This document shows positions 39,550 to 48,118 of a DNA stretch of 64,000 nucleotides, one piece after another. Location: sequence record NZ_CP044066.1; one strand, given 5' to 3'. Each line of letters starts with the position of its first letter. Positions within the stretch are counted from its first letter, which is position 1. Source of the stretch: a plasmid. The position numbers and the translations under genes were made by a program. The notes beneath the pieces are model-generated. The model was not told the origin of the DNA. It searched no databases and saw nothing but the letters and a program-made list of their open reading frames with translations.

Positions 39550-39872
39550 AGCGTGGCGATATTGTGACGGTGGCAGCTAAGGGCAGATTCACAAGTAAGC
39601 CGCGCCCGGCCGTTATCGTCTCGTCTGACTTCTTCGAAGGGCATAGCTCTGTGGCGGTCGTACTCCTGACCGGCGAAGTGAGGGACATCCCGATGCTCCG
39701 CTGGACAGTTGAACCGAGCGCACAGAATGGACTGAAAAAGGCATCGCAGGTCCAGATTGACAAGATCACCGCAGTCGCAGTCGAAGACGTGGGCGAGCCG
39801 ATCGGGCAACTGAGCACCGAAGACATGACAGAGATTACCCGCTACCTTGCGACGTACCTAGGCGTTAAGTAA
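39546..39872 (+). CDS. PemK/MazF-family endoribonuclease toxin
   Basis: MKRGDIVTV...KPRPAVIVSSDFF, the PemK/MazF hallmark. Confidence 0.7.
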   Translation: MKRGDIVTVAAKGRFTSKPRPAVIVSSDFFEGHSSVAVVLLTGEVRDIPMLRWTVEPSAQNGLKKASQVQIDKITAVAVEDVGEPIGQLSTEDMTEITRYLATYLGVK

Positions 39873-40241
39873 CGCAGCACAATGGCAAGGCCGGGACCTA
39901 GCCTCGGCGCATCCCATGTGGGGCAGCTATGGCTCAGACGCTTTTTGGCATTCGCGGGCCGCGTCTCTTCCTGAAGACGACGAGGAAGAGGCAAGTCTTC
40001 TTCCGGCCTACATGCAATAGCAACGGAACGGCGCGCGTGTGATTGCGTTAGCGAAGCTGACGTTGGGGGGAGCAGGACGCAGGGACGCTGCTCGCATTCG
40101 GGACGTGGCCCGCATCAAGGCCGTGAGTCTTCCCAACTCAGGAGTCGTGTAGGCCGCTGATCGAACAGGACAGCCTCAAACGCCTGATATGGAAGCGTCT
40201 CGGGCAGGCATAATCCCGGCTTTCAGCACCGGATTTGTGCC

Positions 40242-40835
40242 ATGCCCAGCGGCCTCCTCCAATGCGCCCACTGCGACGGCGCCCCACTCTTCATCGCCGG
40301 CCGCCTGCAGGCCCTGATCGTCTGCGAAGAATGTGGGATCTCTACCCCACCCATTGACATGGACGGGCAGAACCGCGACGCCGCGTTCACTCAACTCAGC
40401 GCCATCTGGAACAACCGTGTCGAGCACCGCCCCGCCGACGCGACCGCCATCTCCATGACCGCGCGTCGCGCGTTGACGGCCTCCGACATCCCGTACTTCC
40501 TGAATCTTGTTGCCTTGACGGCGGCCGGCGATTGGGCAACGAATGGCCCGCGGCTGTCGGCCATGGCCGCAGCACTCGCGCAGCCAGGATACGAGTTTAA
40601 GCATGTCGATCCGCCCGAGACCGTCATCTCGCAGGCCGTGCGTTACCAGAAGCTGCTCAAGCGCGCCAAGATCATTTATGTGGACGGTGCCCCGATGGTT
40701 CGCTTCGAGCCGGTGCCCGCGCTTTGCGCCGAGATCGCCGAGGAAGCGCTGGCCGACAGGGATTGGCCGCTGCTGGATCTTCACGAGTACATTGGCAAGG
40801 CCATCGACGGCGTGCCAGACCACTGGCAGCCTTGA
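40242..40835 (+). CDS. hypothetical protein with N-terminal CxxC..CxxC zinc ribbon (Lar-like?)
   Basis: CAHCDGAPL...CEECGIS. Confidence 0.45.
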   Translation: MPSGLLQCAHCDGAPLFIAGRLQALIVCEECGISTPPIDMDGQNRDAAFTQLSAIWNNRVEHRPADATAISMTARRALTASDIPYFLNLVALTAAGDWATNGPRLSAMAAALAQPGYEFKHVDPPETVISQAVRYQKLLKRAKIIYVDGAPMVRFEPVPALCAEIAEEALADRDWPLLDLHEYIGKAIDGVPDHWQP

Positions 40836-40858
40836 CATTGCCACGCCGCGGGTAGGCT
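40829..40858 (+). promoter_or_regulatory. sigma70-type promoter, CTTGACATTG family
   Basis: CTTGACATTG, a 15-nt spacer and then TAGGCT, upstream of the nuclease gene. Confidence 0.45.
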
Positions 40859-40887
40859 AGGTTTAACTCTGGCCATCAATTTCCCCA

Positions 40888-41781
40888 ATGTTCCGCCGAC
40901 CGCTTCTCATCTTCGCCCTCGCCCTGACCGCAGCAAATGCCAGTGGCAAGGAGTCCGCATCCTGTGCGCATGTACTGGAATCTGGCCAGCCTGCCGTTCA
41001 TCGTTCGGCGGCTGAATCGCAACTGCTCTGCTACCGTGCCTTCGCGGTGCTCTACTCAGGCCAGACCCGGACCGCCCTATGGTCGGCCGAGCGGCTGACC
41101 GGGGCAGCGGCCGATGCGGCCCGCTCGTTGCCGCGCGATAGCGACTTCTACGAGGAGGCCCGCGTGCCTCCGGCCGATCGCGCGAAGCTGAAGGATTACG
41201 CCCGATCTGGAATGGACCGCGGCCACCTCGCTCCAAGCGGGGACTTCCCCGACAAGGCTTCGCAGGCCGAGAGCTTCAGCCTCGCCAACGTCGTACCGCA
41301 GGACAGAGATTCGAATCGCCGCACGTGGAGCCACATCGAAACGTCCACGCGGCGACTAGCGCGGCAATATGGCGTGATCCATGTCGTGACCGGCCCAGCG
41401 TTTACGCGGGACAGCCCGACGCTCAACGGTCGCATTCGGATCCCGGCGTTCCTCTGGAAGGCGATCTATGTGCCAGGCCTCGGCGCGGCCGCGTATGTTG
41501 TTCGCAACGACGCGACGCCGGCGTACAGCGTCACCAGCATCGAAGAGCTTGCGCAGTTCAGCGGCATCGATCCGTTTCCTGCGCTCGCCCGAAGCCAGCG
41601 CGCCGCCGCCATCGACCTCCCCCCGCCGGCGCCCCATCCGGGCGAAAGGGCCGCCCGGCGCGTTCCATTCGCGGCGCTTGTCTCCAGTGGCACCACGGAT
41701 GTGGGCAGCAACATATCATTGGATGCGCTAGCTGCGCGCGCTGGCGCACTTGCCGGCCGCGTTACCGCTTACCTGAAGTAG
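40888..41781 (+). CDS. secreted DNA/RNA non-specific (NUC / Serratia-type) endonuclease
   Basis: Signal peptide MFRRPLLIFALALTAANASG. Active-site motif DRGHLAP. Confidence 0.7.
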   Translation: MFRRPLLIFALALTAANASGKESASCAHVLESGQPAVHRSAAESQLLCYRAFAVLYSGQTRTALWSAERLTGAAADAARSLPRDSDFYEEARVPPADRAKLKDYARSGMDRGHLAPSGDFPDKASQAESFSLANVVPQDRDSNRRTWSHIETSTRRLARQYGVIHVVTGPAFTRDSPTLNGRIRIPAFLWKAIYVPGLGAAAYVVRNDATPAYSVTSIEELAQFSGIDPFPALARSQRAAAIDLPPPAPHPGERAARRVPFAALVSSGTTDVGSNISLDALAARAGALAGRVTAYLK

Positions 41782-41823
41782 TGGGTCCGATCGCGAAGAA
41801 AAACGTTCCTTTCGAACAATGCA

Positions 41824-41852
41824 AAAGAGGCGTCCGAAGACGCCTCTTTTGT
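41824..41852. terminator. bidirectional Rho-independent terminator
   Basis: AAAAGAGGCGUCcgaaGACGCCUCUUUU. Confidence 0.6.
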
Positions 41853-41870
41853 GTTCCAAGCGCGGCGCCG

Positions 41871-42797
41871 TTATCGCAGCAGCCAGAATGCCAGTAGCCC
41901 GTAATAGAACGAGAGCGGTATGCCCGCGCCGAGAAGCGATGCCGCAACGAACCGCAGCCGGGAAGGTCGCGGTGCATGGGCCAACGCTCGCGCACGCTCC
42001 CTGACCGTCGGCACCATGCTGCGAACTGGAGCACTCGAGACCGCGTCGATATCGCAGCCCGCGAGCCACTCCATGTCAGAGTTATGGATCTCCCCAACGA
42101 AGAGCGATATTTCCTTCGCGCCCAGACGACGCGCTCGCTCCGTCGCAAACTCGAGCATGAACACGCTTCGCAACGGAATGTTGAGCTCAGGCTCGATCAT
42201 CGCCAGCCATGCCCAATCCGGATCAGGGAACACCGGTCCACGCAAAGACCCAAGGCCCAGGCGCCGCCAGCAATTCTCTACGAGATATTCGTGCGGGCCG
42301 GGGAACCCAGCAAGCCTGCGGCGCTCGCCAGGCGCGATTTGGTGGAATGCGGCAGAGCCGCCAATGTCCTGCAGGCGCCGGGGGCCATCGCGCCCAAATC
42401 GATCGCGCCCGGTTCGTCGCTCACGCCAGCTGCTATACGCAACGCGAAACAATCTGGCGGGCGTCAACGCAGCTTTGAACTGCATGCGAAACGCATCCCG
42501 CAGCGGTATCTCGGTCCAATCGTCCATCTCGACCTGAATTCCGCGGTAGAGCTTGGAAAACTTCGTCTCACCGAATACCAGCTCCCCGGGGGCGCTCTGA
42601 ATCGCTCGCTCGACCAGCGCCTTGTACTGGCGATTCGTGCCACCCGTCAGCCCGTGGAGCACCCCGAAGACATGGCATCGCACATCCGCGTAGTCGAAAG
42701 TCAGGCCGTCGATGCGCTGAGCGATATCCTCTTCGCCGGCGAGAACGTCCGAGACGGAAAGATAGGCTGGCGCGCAGGCAGCGGCGGCATCAGCCAC
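41871..42797 (-). CDS. hypothetical protein (308 aa)
   Basis: ORF with high GC3 and C-terminal hydrophobic helices. Confidence 0.5.
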   Translation of the reverse strand: MADAAAACAPAYLSVSDVLAGEEDIAQRIDGLTFDYADVRCHVFGVLHGLTGGTNRQYKALVERAIQSAPGELVFGETKFSKLYRGIQVEMDDWTEIPLRDAFRMQFKAALTPARLFRVAYSSWRERRTGRDRFGRDGPRRLQDIGGSAAFHQIAPGERRRLAGFPGPHEYLVENCWRRLGLGSLRGPVFPDPDWAWLAMIEPELNIPLRSVFMLEFATERARRLGAKEISLFVGEIHNSDMEWLAGCDIDAVSSAPVRSMVPTVRERARALAHAPRPSRLRFVAASLLGAGIPLSFYYGLLAFWLLR

Positions 42798-43080
42798 GAC
42801 CGCCTCCGTTTACAGCCTCCCTGAATTTCTGCCCAGCCTTGAATCTGACCGTCTTTGCAGCCGCAATTGCGATTTCCTCTCCCGTGCGCGGATTGCGCGC
42901 CATGCGGGCAACACGGGCCCCGGGATTGAAGGAGCCGAAGCCGACCAGCGACAGCGTCGCGCCGCTGGCAACCGCGTCGATGATCGCATTCAGCGTAGCG
43001 TTGAGAACCTGCTCGGCCTTGGCCTTCGACACGCCATCGACGCCCGCCGCGATCACGTCGATCAATTCCGCTTTGTTCAC
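42790..43080 (-). CDS. HU/IHF-family nucleoid-associated DNA-binding protein
   Basis: MNKAELIDVIA...GFGSF...RNPRTGEEI...KFKAG. Confidence 0.75.
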   Translation of the reverse strand: MNKAELIDVIAAGVDGVSKAKAEQVLNATLNAIIDAVASGATLSLVGFGSFNPGARVARMARNPRTGEEIAIAAAKTVRFKAGQKFREAVNGGGRG

Positions 43081-43170
43081 TTTAATTCTCCGCTAGGTTG
43101 GTGAACGGTCATTCAACCATGCGGGTCCTGCGGGCGACCGCCAAAACCAGTGCCATTTCCTCGACGTTTC

Positions 43171-43733
43171 TCAGTCTGGTCTGTCTTCCTCTAACCGCTG
43201 GCGAAACGGGACTTCGAGGAAGGACTTCAGCCCAAGCAGATATGCACTGCCTTGGCAGCATTCGCCAAGACTCTCTACGTCGGCTCGGACAAGCGCGGCG
43301 GCTAGCGACCTCCCGAGGCGCCTGCCCTGATCGCGACTTGGCAGCTTCAGCTCAGCAGAGACGCGGAAGATGCAGCCCGCCTCGTGTAGCTTGCTGGGTT
43401 CCTGCAGCCAACCGGCCCGCGTGAGCATCCGCTCCGCCAGCCTCGCGAAGTGCATCGCCACGAGATCACTCAAGTAAGTGCCGATGGCAGGATCGCGCTC
43501 CCACATCTCCCCCAGCGCCAGATAGGGATTCTCCGCAAGCCGGCCCTCGATGCCGATCTCGCGCTTGTCCGCGACATCGTAGGTATAGAGAAGGATCGTA
43601 CCCCACGCGCTTCTCAACCCGCGCCTCTTCGCCACGCCTCCCCCCTGGCGGGACACCACTTGCCAGGGCCAGTCTGCAGTGGCCTCGGGCGTCAAGCCCT
43701 TCTCGAGCACGCGGGATATATCGCCGTCCGAGT
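43171..43733 (-). CDS. hypothetical protein (start uncertain; ORF extends to 43971)
   Basis: High GC3. The 14-bp palindrome TCGAGCATGCTCGA lies about 85 nt upstream of Met MYVDKLY. Confidence 0.4.
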
Positions 43734-43864
43734 ACAACTTGTCTACATACATTGCAAGCTTTCGTGGATCCGGGCCGCCAAAGCCGAGAGACACGCTATG
43801 TTTATGTCGCGTTACCAAGGAAATAGGTCGAGCATGCTCGAACTTTCCGGCGCAACCATCTATC

Positions 43865-45115
43865 TCAGGACTGGTCTCCGGACTCATAACGCTCGAACAG
43901 CCGATAAAGTGCACGTCGGCTAATCCCCAGAGATAGTGCAGCCCGGCTCTTATTCCCCTGGTGCTCCGCAACAGCGTGAACAGCCTGCTTCGGACTGATC
44001 ACAGGACGTCTCTTCGCCTCCTGCGTCGCGTAGGTAGACAAGTAGGCGTTGGCCTTACTGACACGACTGTGCCCCGCGGCCTCCGCCACCCGTCGCTGCC
44101 CTTCCCGGTGCACCTCACGATCAATTCTGTGTGAGCCTTCCTTGATCGGCGCGAGCGCACCGGTGATGTCCGAATAAAGTCCTTGCAGGTACTCGTGGCG
44201 CAGGCCGTGCGCAGTCCGTCCCAACCGGCCGTCTTTCGTTACGCCATGTTTGGCCAGCAGATCGTAGAAGTGATCGGACCAGGAGTCATAACTGTGCGCA
44301 TCAGGAATAGTGGAACCCGTCCGGCTGTTCGTGAAGCGTGCGGCGATCTCCAGCAGGTCATATTGCTCTTTTGGCCGCGTGATGGGGACGGGCCGGCTCC
44401 TGCCGCCCTTCGACCCCTCGCTGACATAGATGGCACCGTCTCGCAGATCCCGCACGGGCCGGAATTTGAATGCCTCCTCAACGCGAAGGCCGAATTTCCA
44501 CATCAGGCGTAGTTGAACCCCTGCAAGGACATCTTCTGCCTCGACTCTCCGGATCTCTGCTTCGATATCGATGCCCTTCGCCGACCAGCTCAGATCGTCT
44601 TGCGCTGTGTAATAGCGTTTCAAGCCTGCTGCTTTCCTATCCACGTAGCCTTCGAGCGTCAGCACGAGATTCGGCTTTCCCATCCAGTGGGCGATCGCCC
44701 GCAGGTACGTCAGCTTGTTCTCAATCGTACCGGCCGTCTGCCCCTTCTTCACCCAATACGTCACCAGCCACGCCACGTGCTTGTGACGGATCGACCAGGG
44801 CGACTCAATGGCATACCCACCGTCGTTCCGCAGCTCACGAATCGCCGCACATAAGCCGACGAGCCGATACTCCTGCGTTTTAACGCTCAGTGCATTTCGA
44901 CTACGGCGCGTCTGGCTGTGAATCCGATCGACATTGTCCTCAAACAATGCGATCAACTCGCTCTCAAGGCGCTTTGGGAAGCCGTAGCTACGGATCTTCC
45001 CCCGGTAGTCAATTCTGATGCCCATCCTGTCTTTCCTGTTGCTCGTGCTGAGCCGCCGCGCTACGCGTTTCCGCGCACTTTGCTGTCCCATCCCGCAGTT
45101 GAAAGCCCCGTTCAT
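43865..45115 (-). CDS. tyrosine-type site-specific recombinase/integrase with C-terminal Fis-like HTH
   Basis: Catalytic block RLGRTAHGLRHEYLQGLY. C-terminal NKSRAALSLGISRRALYRLFERY. Alternative starts at 45091 and 45025. Confidence 0.75.
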   Translation of the reverse strand: MNGAFNCGMGQQSARKRVARRLSTSNRKDRMGIRIDYRGKIRSYGFPKRLESELIALFEDNVDRIHSQTRRSRNALSVKTQEYRLVGLCAAIRELRNDGGYAIESPWSIRHKHVAWLVTYWVKKGQTAGTIENKLTYLRAIAHWMGKPNLVLTLEGYVDRKAAGLKRYYTAQDDLSWSAKGIDIEAEIRRVEAEDVLAGVQLRLMWKFGLRVEEAFKFRPVRDLRDGAIYVSEGSKGGRSRPVPITRPKEQYDLLEIAARFTNSRTGSTIPDAHSYDSWSDHFYDLLAKHGVTKDGRLGRTAHGLRHEYLQGLYSDITGALAPIKEGSHRIDREVHREGQRRVAEAAGHSRVSKANAYLSTYATQEAKRRPVISPKQAVHAVAEHQGNKSRAALSLGISRRALYRLFERYESGDQS

Positions 45116-45750
45116 CCAACCGCCGCCGACTGATTGTCCCCATCGGCACAGGGCACTGCCTTCCTATCCTTTAGCGATAACATCGATCAACCAGACACAG
45201 GGAAGAACTGTGCTCCGGCTGCCCGTGAAGCTGCCCAAGCGGCTCGCGCCGCCCGGTCTCCACGGATACCCCGCCTGCCGCGTGCATGACGCGTTCCGCA
45301 ACCCGCGGACGTTCCGGGGTCGCAAGCCTGCTGGGCAAATCGTTCTTGCGCATTCTGTTCCGGCTGCGCCTACCGGTCGTCATGTGAAGGGATTCGCGAT
45401 AGCCGAAGGCCCAATCGCTTCCAATCCCCCGTCCCCAAGTCGATTCACCTTGGCCGCAGTGTGTCGGGCCGCCTGAACCGTACCCAGCGCTATCGCTGTA
45501 AGGACGTATCTTCCGTTGGATGATGGGTGTGCGACTGTGCGCCTCCCAATCGGTCTCAATATGTTCCAGCGCACGCTTGGGCGCTGAGATCGAGTGTTAT
45601 CGCGGTGTGCAGCCTTCCTCAGTGTCGGCCACTTTCTGCTTGATTAGACTGAAAAAAATGCCGGTTCAATTTCCGGCGGGCACAGTGCGGCTTCGCGAGG
45701 TTCTTCGCACGGAAGAACCGGATGCCGTTGTTGCCGCGCGAAGGCGGCGA

Positions 45751-45773
45751 GGTCGATGCGTCGGGGACGCGGT
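45751..45773 (-). repeat. M1 motif copy 9 (GGTCGATGCGTCgggGACGCGGT)
   Basis: Lies within a ~700-bp non-coding stretch between the integrase and the parM promoter. Confidence 0.55.
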
Positions 45774-45843
45774 AAGAGCCCACAGAATAGCCGAACACCG
45801 GCGCATCGAACAACCGAAACGCGCGCGATTTTGGGAGGTTTCG

Positions 45844-45880
45844 ACGACTTGACATTGAATTCTGCTCGGTAGAGTTGGTG
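45844..45880 (+). promoter_or_regulatory. sigma70-type promoter, ACGACTTGACATTG family copy 2 (parM promoter)
   Basis: ACGACTTGACATTG, a 15-nt spacer and then TAGAGT. Confidence 0.5.
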
Positions 45881-45899
45881 ACATAGGGAGGCACTAGGT

Positions 45900-46000
45900 G
45901 GACCTATCGGTGAGCATCTGTCAGTTGCTCGCCGATAGTCACCGAAGCATCTGCCATCAACTGTCAGATACCGGACGAAAGTCACCGGATCTGTCAGATT
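45900..46000 (+). repeat. centromere-like iterons (parC-like) upstream of the ParM-like gene
   Basis: Three direct repeats of AGTCACCG(R)..ATCTGTCAG (45906..45924, 45931..45967, 45980..45997). Confidence 0.5.
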
Positions 46001-46057
46001 GAATCGGGCATTCCCTGTTCGTCATCAACCTCGCAACAAACCTCCCGGAGCGAATCC

Positions 46058-47089
46058 ATGCAGCAACAGTACGGCGAATCGAAGATCGCAAAGACTGCCA
46101 CCCTTGCGGTCGATGTGGGCTATGGCAACACCAAGACCGCCTTTGCGCTCGGTTCCGAGATCAAAACGAGCATGTTCCCTTCGCTCGCCCCGCAGGCGGC
46201 CACCTCGAGCCTCACGCCCGAAAGCGGCACGATCTTCCAGGCGCGCAAGGTGGTCAATGTCACGGTGGACGGCGCCCGGTATGAAGTCGGGCCCGGCGTG
46301 TCGCTGAGCGGGGCGTACAACACCGGACGTGCGCTGGCGGAGGATTACGTCACGACGCCGAACTATGCGGCGCTTCTCGCTGGAGCCCTCTTCTACTCCG
46401 GCGCTGCCGAAATCGATCGACTCGTCCTTGGCCTGCCGGTTCACAACACGCAGAAGTACGCCGGCTTCCTGCGCGACCGGTTCGTCGGTCAGCACGACTT
46501 CGGCTGGGGCGAAGTAATTGTGAAATCTGTGATGCCGCTACCGCAGCCCCTCGGCACGCTCGTGACCTACATGCAGCAAAGCGGCAAGCAATACGACCCC
46601 GAAAACTCGTATCTCGTGATCGACGTGGGGTACTTCACGACGGACTGGATCGTGGCCCGCGGCTACACGATGGACGATACCCGCAGCGGTGGCGTACCAG
46701 GTGGCGCGGCGCGCGTATATCAGCAGATCGCCAGCCTGATCGCGGCCGAGCAGGGTCAGCCGTTTGACGCGATCGAGCGCGTCGATCACGCGCTGCGCAC
46801 GACGGGCAAGCTGCTGTTCTACAAACAGGATCTCGAACTGAGCCGCTACCTCCCCGAGGCAATGGCTGTCACCAATCCGGCGATCAAGGAGCTGCAATCG
46901 CGGGTGGGGCGCACCGATGATATCCGGGCCGTCATCCTGACCGGCGGCGGTGCGGCCCTCTACGCGCCGACGATTCGCGCGGCCTTCCCGCTGAACGACA
47001 TTCACATGATGGACTCGCCGTGCTTCGCCAACGTGCGAGGTTTCTACACCATTGGCGCCGCACGTCAGGCGACCAAGGCGGCCGCTTGA
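46058..47089 (+). CDS. ParM/StbA-family actin-like plasmid segregation ATPase
   Basis: N-terminal phosphate-1 motif LAVDVGYGNTKTAF. Second nucleotide-binding motif LVIDVGYFTTD. Adenosine motif ILTGGGAAL. Confidence 0.7.
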   Translation: MQQQYGESKIAKTATLAVDVGYGNTKTAFALGSEIKTSMFPSLAPQAATSSLTPESGTIFQARKVVNVTVDGARYEVGPGVSLSGAYNTGRALAEDYVTTPNYAALLAGALFYSGAAEIDRLVLGLPVHNTQKYAGFLRDRFVGQHDFGWGEVIVKSVMPLPQPLGTLVTYMQQSGKQYDPENSYLVIDVGYFTTDWIVARGYTMDDTRSGGVPGGAARVYQQIASLIAAEQGQPFDAIERVDHALRTTGKLLFYKQDLELSRYLPEAMAVTNPAIKELQSRVGRTDDIRAVILTGGGAALYAPTIRAAFPLNDIHMMDSPCFANVRGFYTIGAARQATKAAA

Positions 47090-47105
47090 TCGACGGGGGG
47101 CACAT

Positions 47106-47546
47106 ATGGACAAGCTGGAGATGAAGGTCACGCTGACGTCCGACTCCACGCCAGAGCTGCTTCGCTATCTCAGCGGAATCTCCAGCGCCCGGGATCGCGC
47201 ATTCATCCTGAAGCGGCTCGCAACCGTCGGGCTGTCGATGCTGGGCGACGGCGCGGGCGCCGACGCGATGCTTCTGCCGTCACCGTCCGCCGCATTGCCG
47301 ACTGGGCGTCAGCCCGAAGCTGTGGAGCAACAGCAGGCTATGCAATCGACGCCGGCCGAGAAGACGCACGCCCCCGCGACGGTGCTTGAGCCTGCGGCAG
47401 TACCCTTGGCCCGTCCTGCGTCGGTGTCCCGCCCCGTCAATGATGAGGCAGTGGGCCAGCCAGATCCGGAGGACGCTCCTCTGGCTCTGGGATTCGACTT
47501 TCTGGATCTTGATGCCCTCAACGCAGCCACCGCTCAATTCGATTGA
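47106..47546 (+). CDS. ParR/StbB-like partner protein (putative centromere-binding adaptor)
   Basis: Small protein immediately downstream of parM with an acidic C-terminus. Assigned by position only. Confidence 0.4.
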   Translation: MDKLEMKVTLTSDSTPELLRYLSGISSARDRAFILKRLATVGLSMLGDGAGADAMLLPSPSAALPTGRQPEAVEQQQAMQSTPAEKTHAPATVLEPAAVPLARPASVSRPVNDEAVGQPDPEDAPLALGFDFLDLDALNAATAQFD

Positions 47547-47547
47547 G

Positions 47548-47590
47548 GACTTGACATACATATCCCTCTGGCAAGCTTGTACTATCTCTT
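47548..47590 (+). promoter_or_regulatory. putative promoter (GGACTTGACATA ..)
   Basis: TTGACA -35-like element upstream of the small membrane ORF. The -10 is unclear. Confidence 0.3.
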
Positions 47591-47609
47591 AACAAACCGA
47601 GGAGTAAAG

Positions 47610-47729
47610 ATGTTCGATTACCTGTCCACCACCGCTGACGTGAATCGCTTTGTCTTCTACGTCGCAATCGGCTTCTGCGTCCTGCAAGCCGTCATCGAGG
47701 TCTACAAGGTGGTTCGCCGCCGTAACTAA
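47610..47729 (+). CDS. small membrane protein (39 aa)
   Basis: MFDYLSTTADVNRFVFYVAIGFCVLQAVIEVYKVVRRRN with SD GAGGAG. Confidence 0.3.
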   Translation: MFDYLSTTADVNRFVFYVAIGFCVLQAVIEVYKVVRRRN

Positions 47730-47751
47730 CACCTCGAGCGCGCTGAGAAAT

Positions 47752-47783
47752 AAAAAAAGCCCCAGCAATGCTGGGGCTTTGTT
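47752..47783. terminator. bidirectional Rho-independent terminator
   Basis: AAAAAAAGCCCCAGCAaUGCUGGGGCUUUGUU. Confidence 0.6.
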
Positions 47784-47802
47784 CGTCAGGGATGGGCAAG
47801 CT

Positions 47803-48015
47803 TCAGTGAAGCGTGCCGTGGGCCAGGCAGAAGTCAGCGGCCGAGTCGAAGGACAGATTGCCTTTGACGAGCGTAAGATCGCGCGAGGGCTCGCGGCGAT
47901 ACACGTGAAAGAATTGCGCTTCCGACTGGATCGCCGGAACGTCGGACGTACCAGTCCGCCGCATCGCGTGAATCTGCAACTTGTTGACGATCGCGGTGAA
48001 GCCTTTTTGCGGCAT
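47803..48015 (-). CDS. hypothetical small protein (70 aa)
   Basis: MPQKGFTAIVNKLQIH with SD AGGAG. Confidence 0.35.
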   Translation of the reverse strand: MPQKGFTAIVNKLQIHAMRRTGTSDVPAIQSEAQFFHVYRREPSRDLTLVKGNLSFDSAADFCLAHGTLH

Positions 48016-48085
48016 TGCATTACTCCTGAGAGAGAGCCTGCCGAGGTAAAGATCCGCCCTATGGGACGAACCCACAGGGCAGAAG

Positions 48086-48113
48086 ATAAAAAGAAGCCGC
48101 CTCGAGGGCGGCG
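48086..48113 (-). terminator. Rho-independent terminator after the primase gene
   Basis: Minus orientation: GCCGCCCUCGAGGCGGC followed by UUCUUUUU. Confidence 0.5.
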
Positions 48114-48118
48114 ACGAA

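Noticed and set aside
45171-45574. Two overlapping small minus-strand ORFs (70 and 64 aa) next to the integrase
   Set aside because: GC3 is only ~60%, against ~80%+ for real genes here. No SD. Treated as a non-coding or decayed region.
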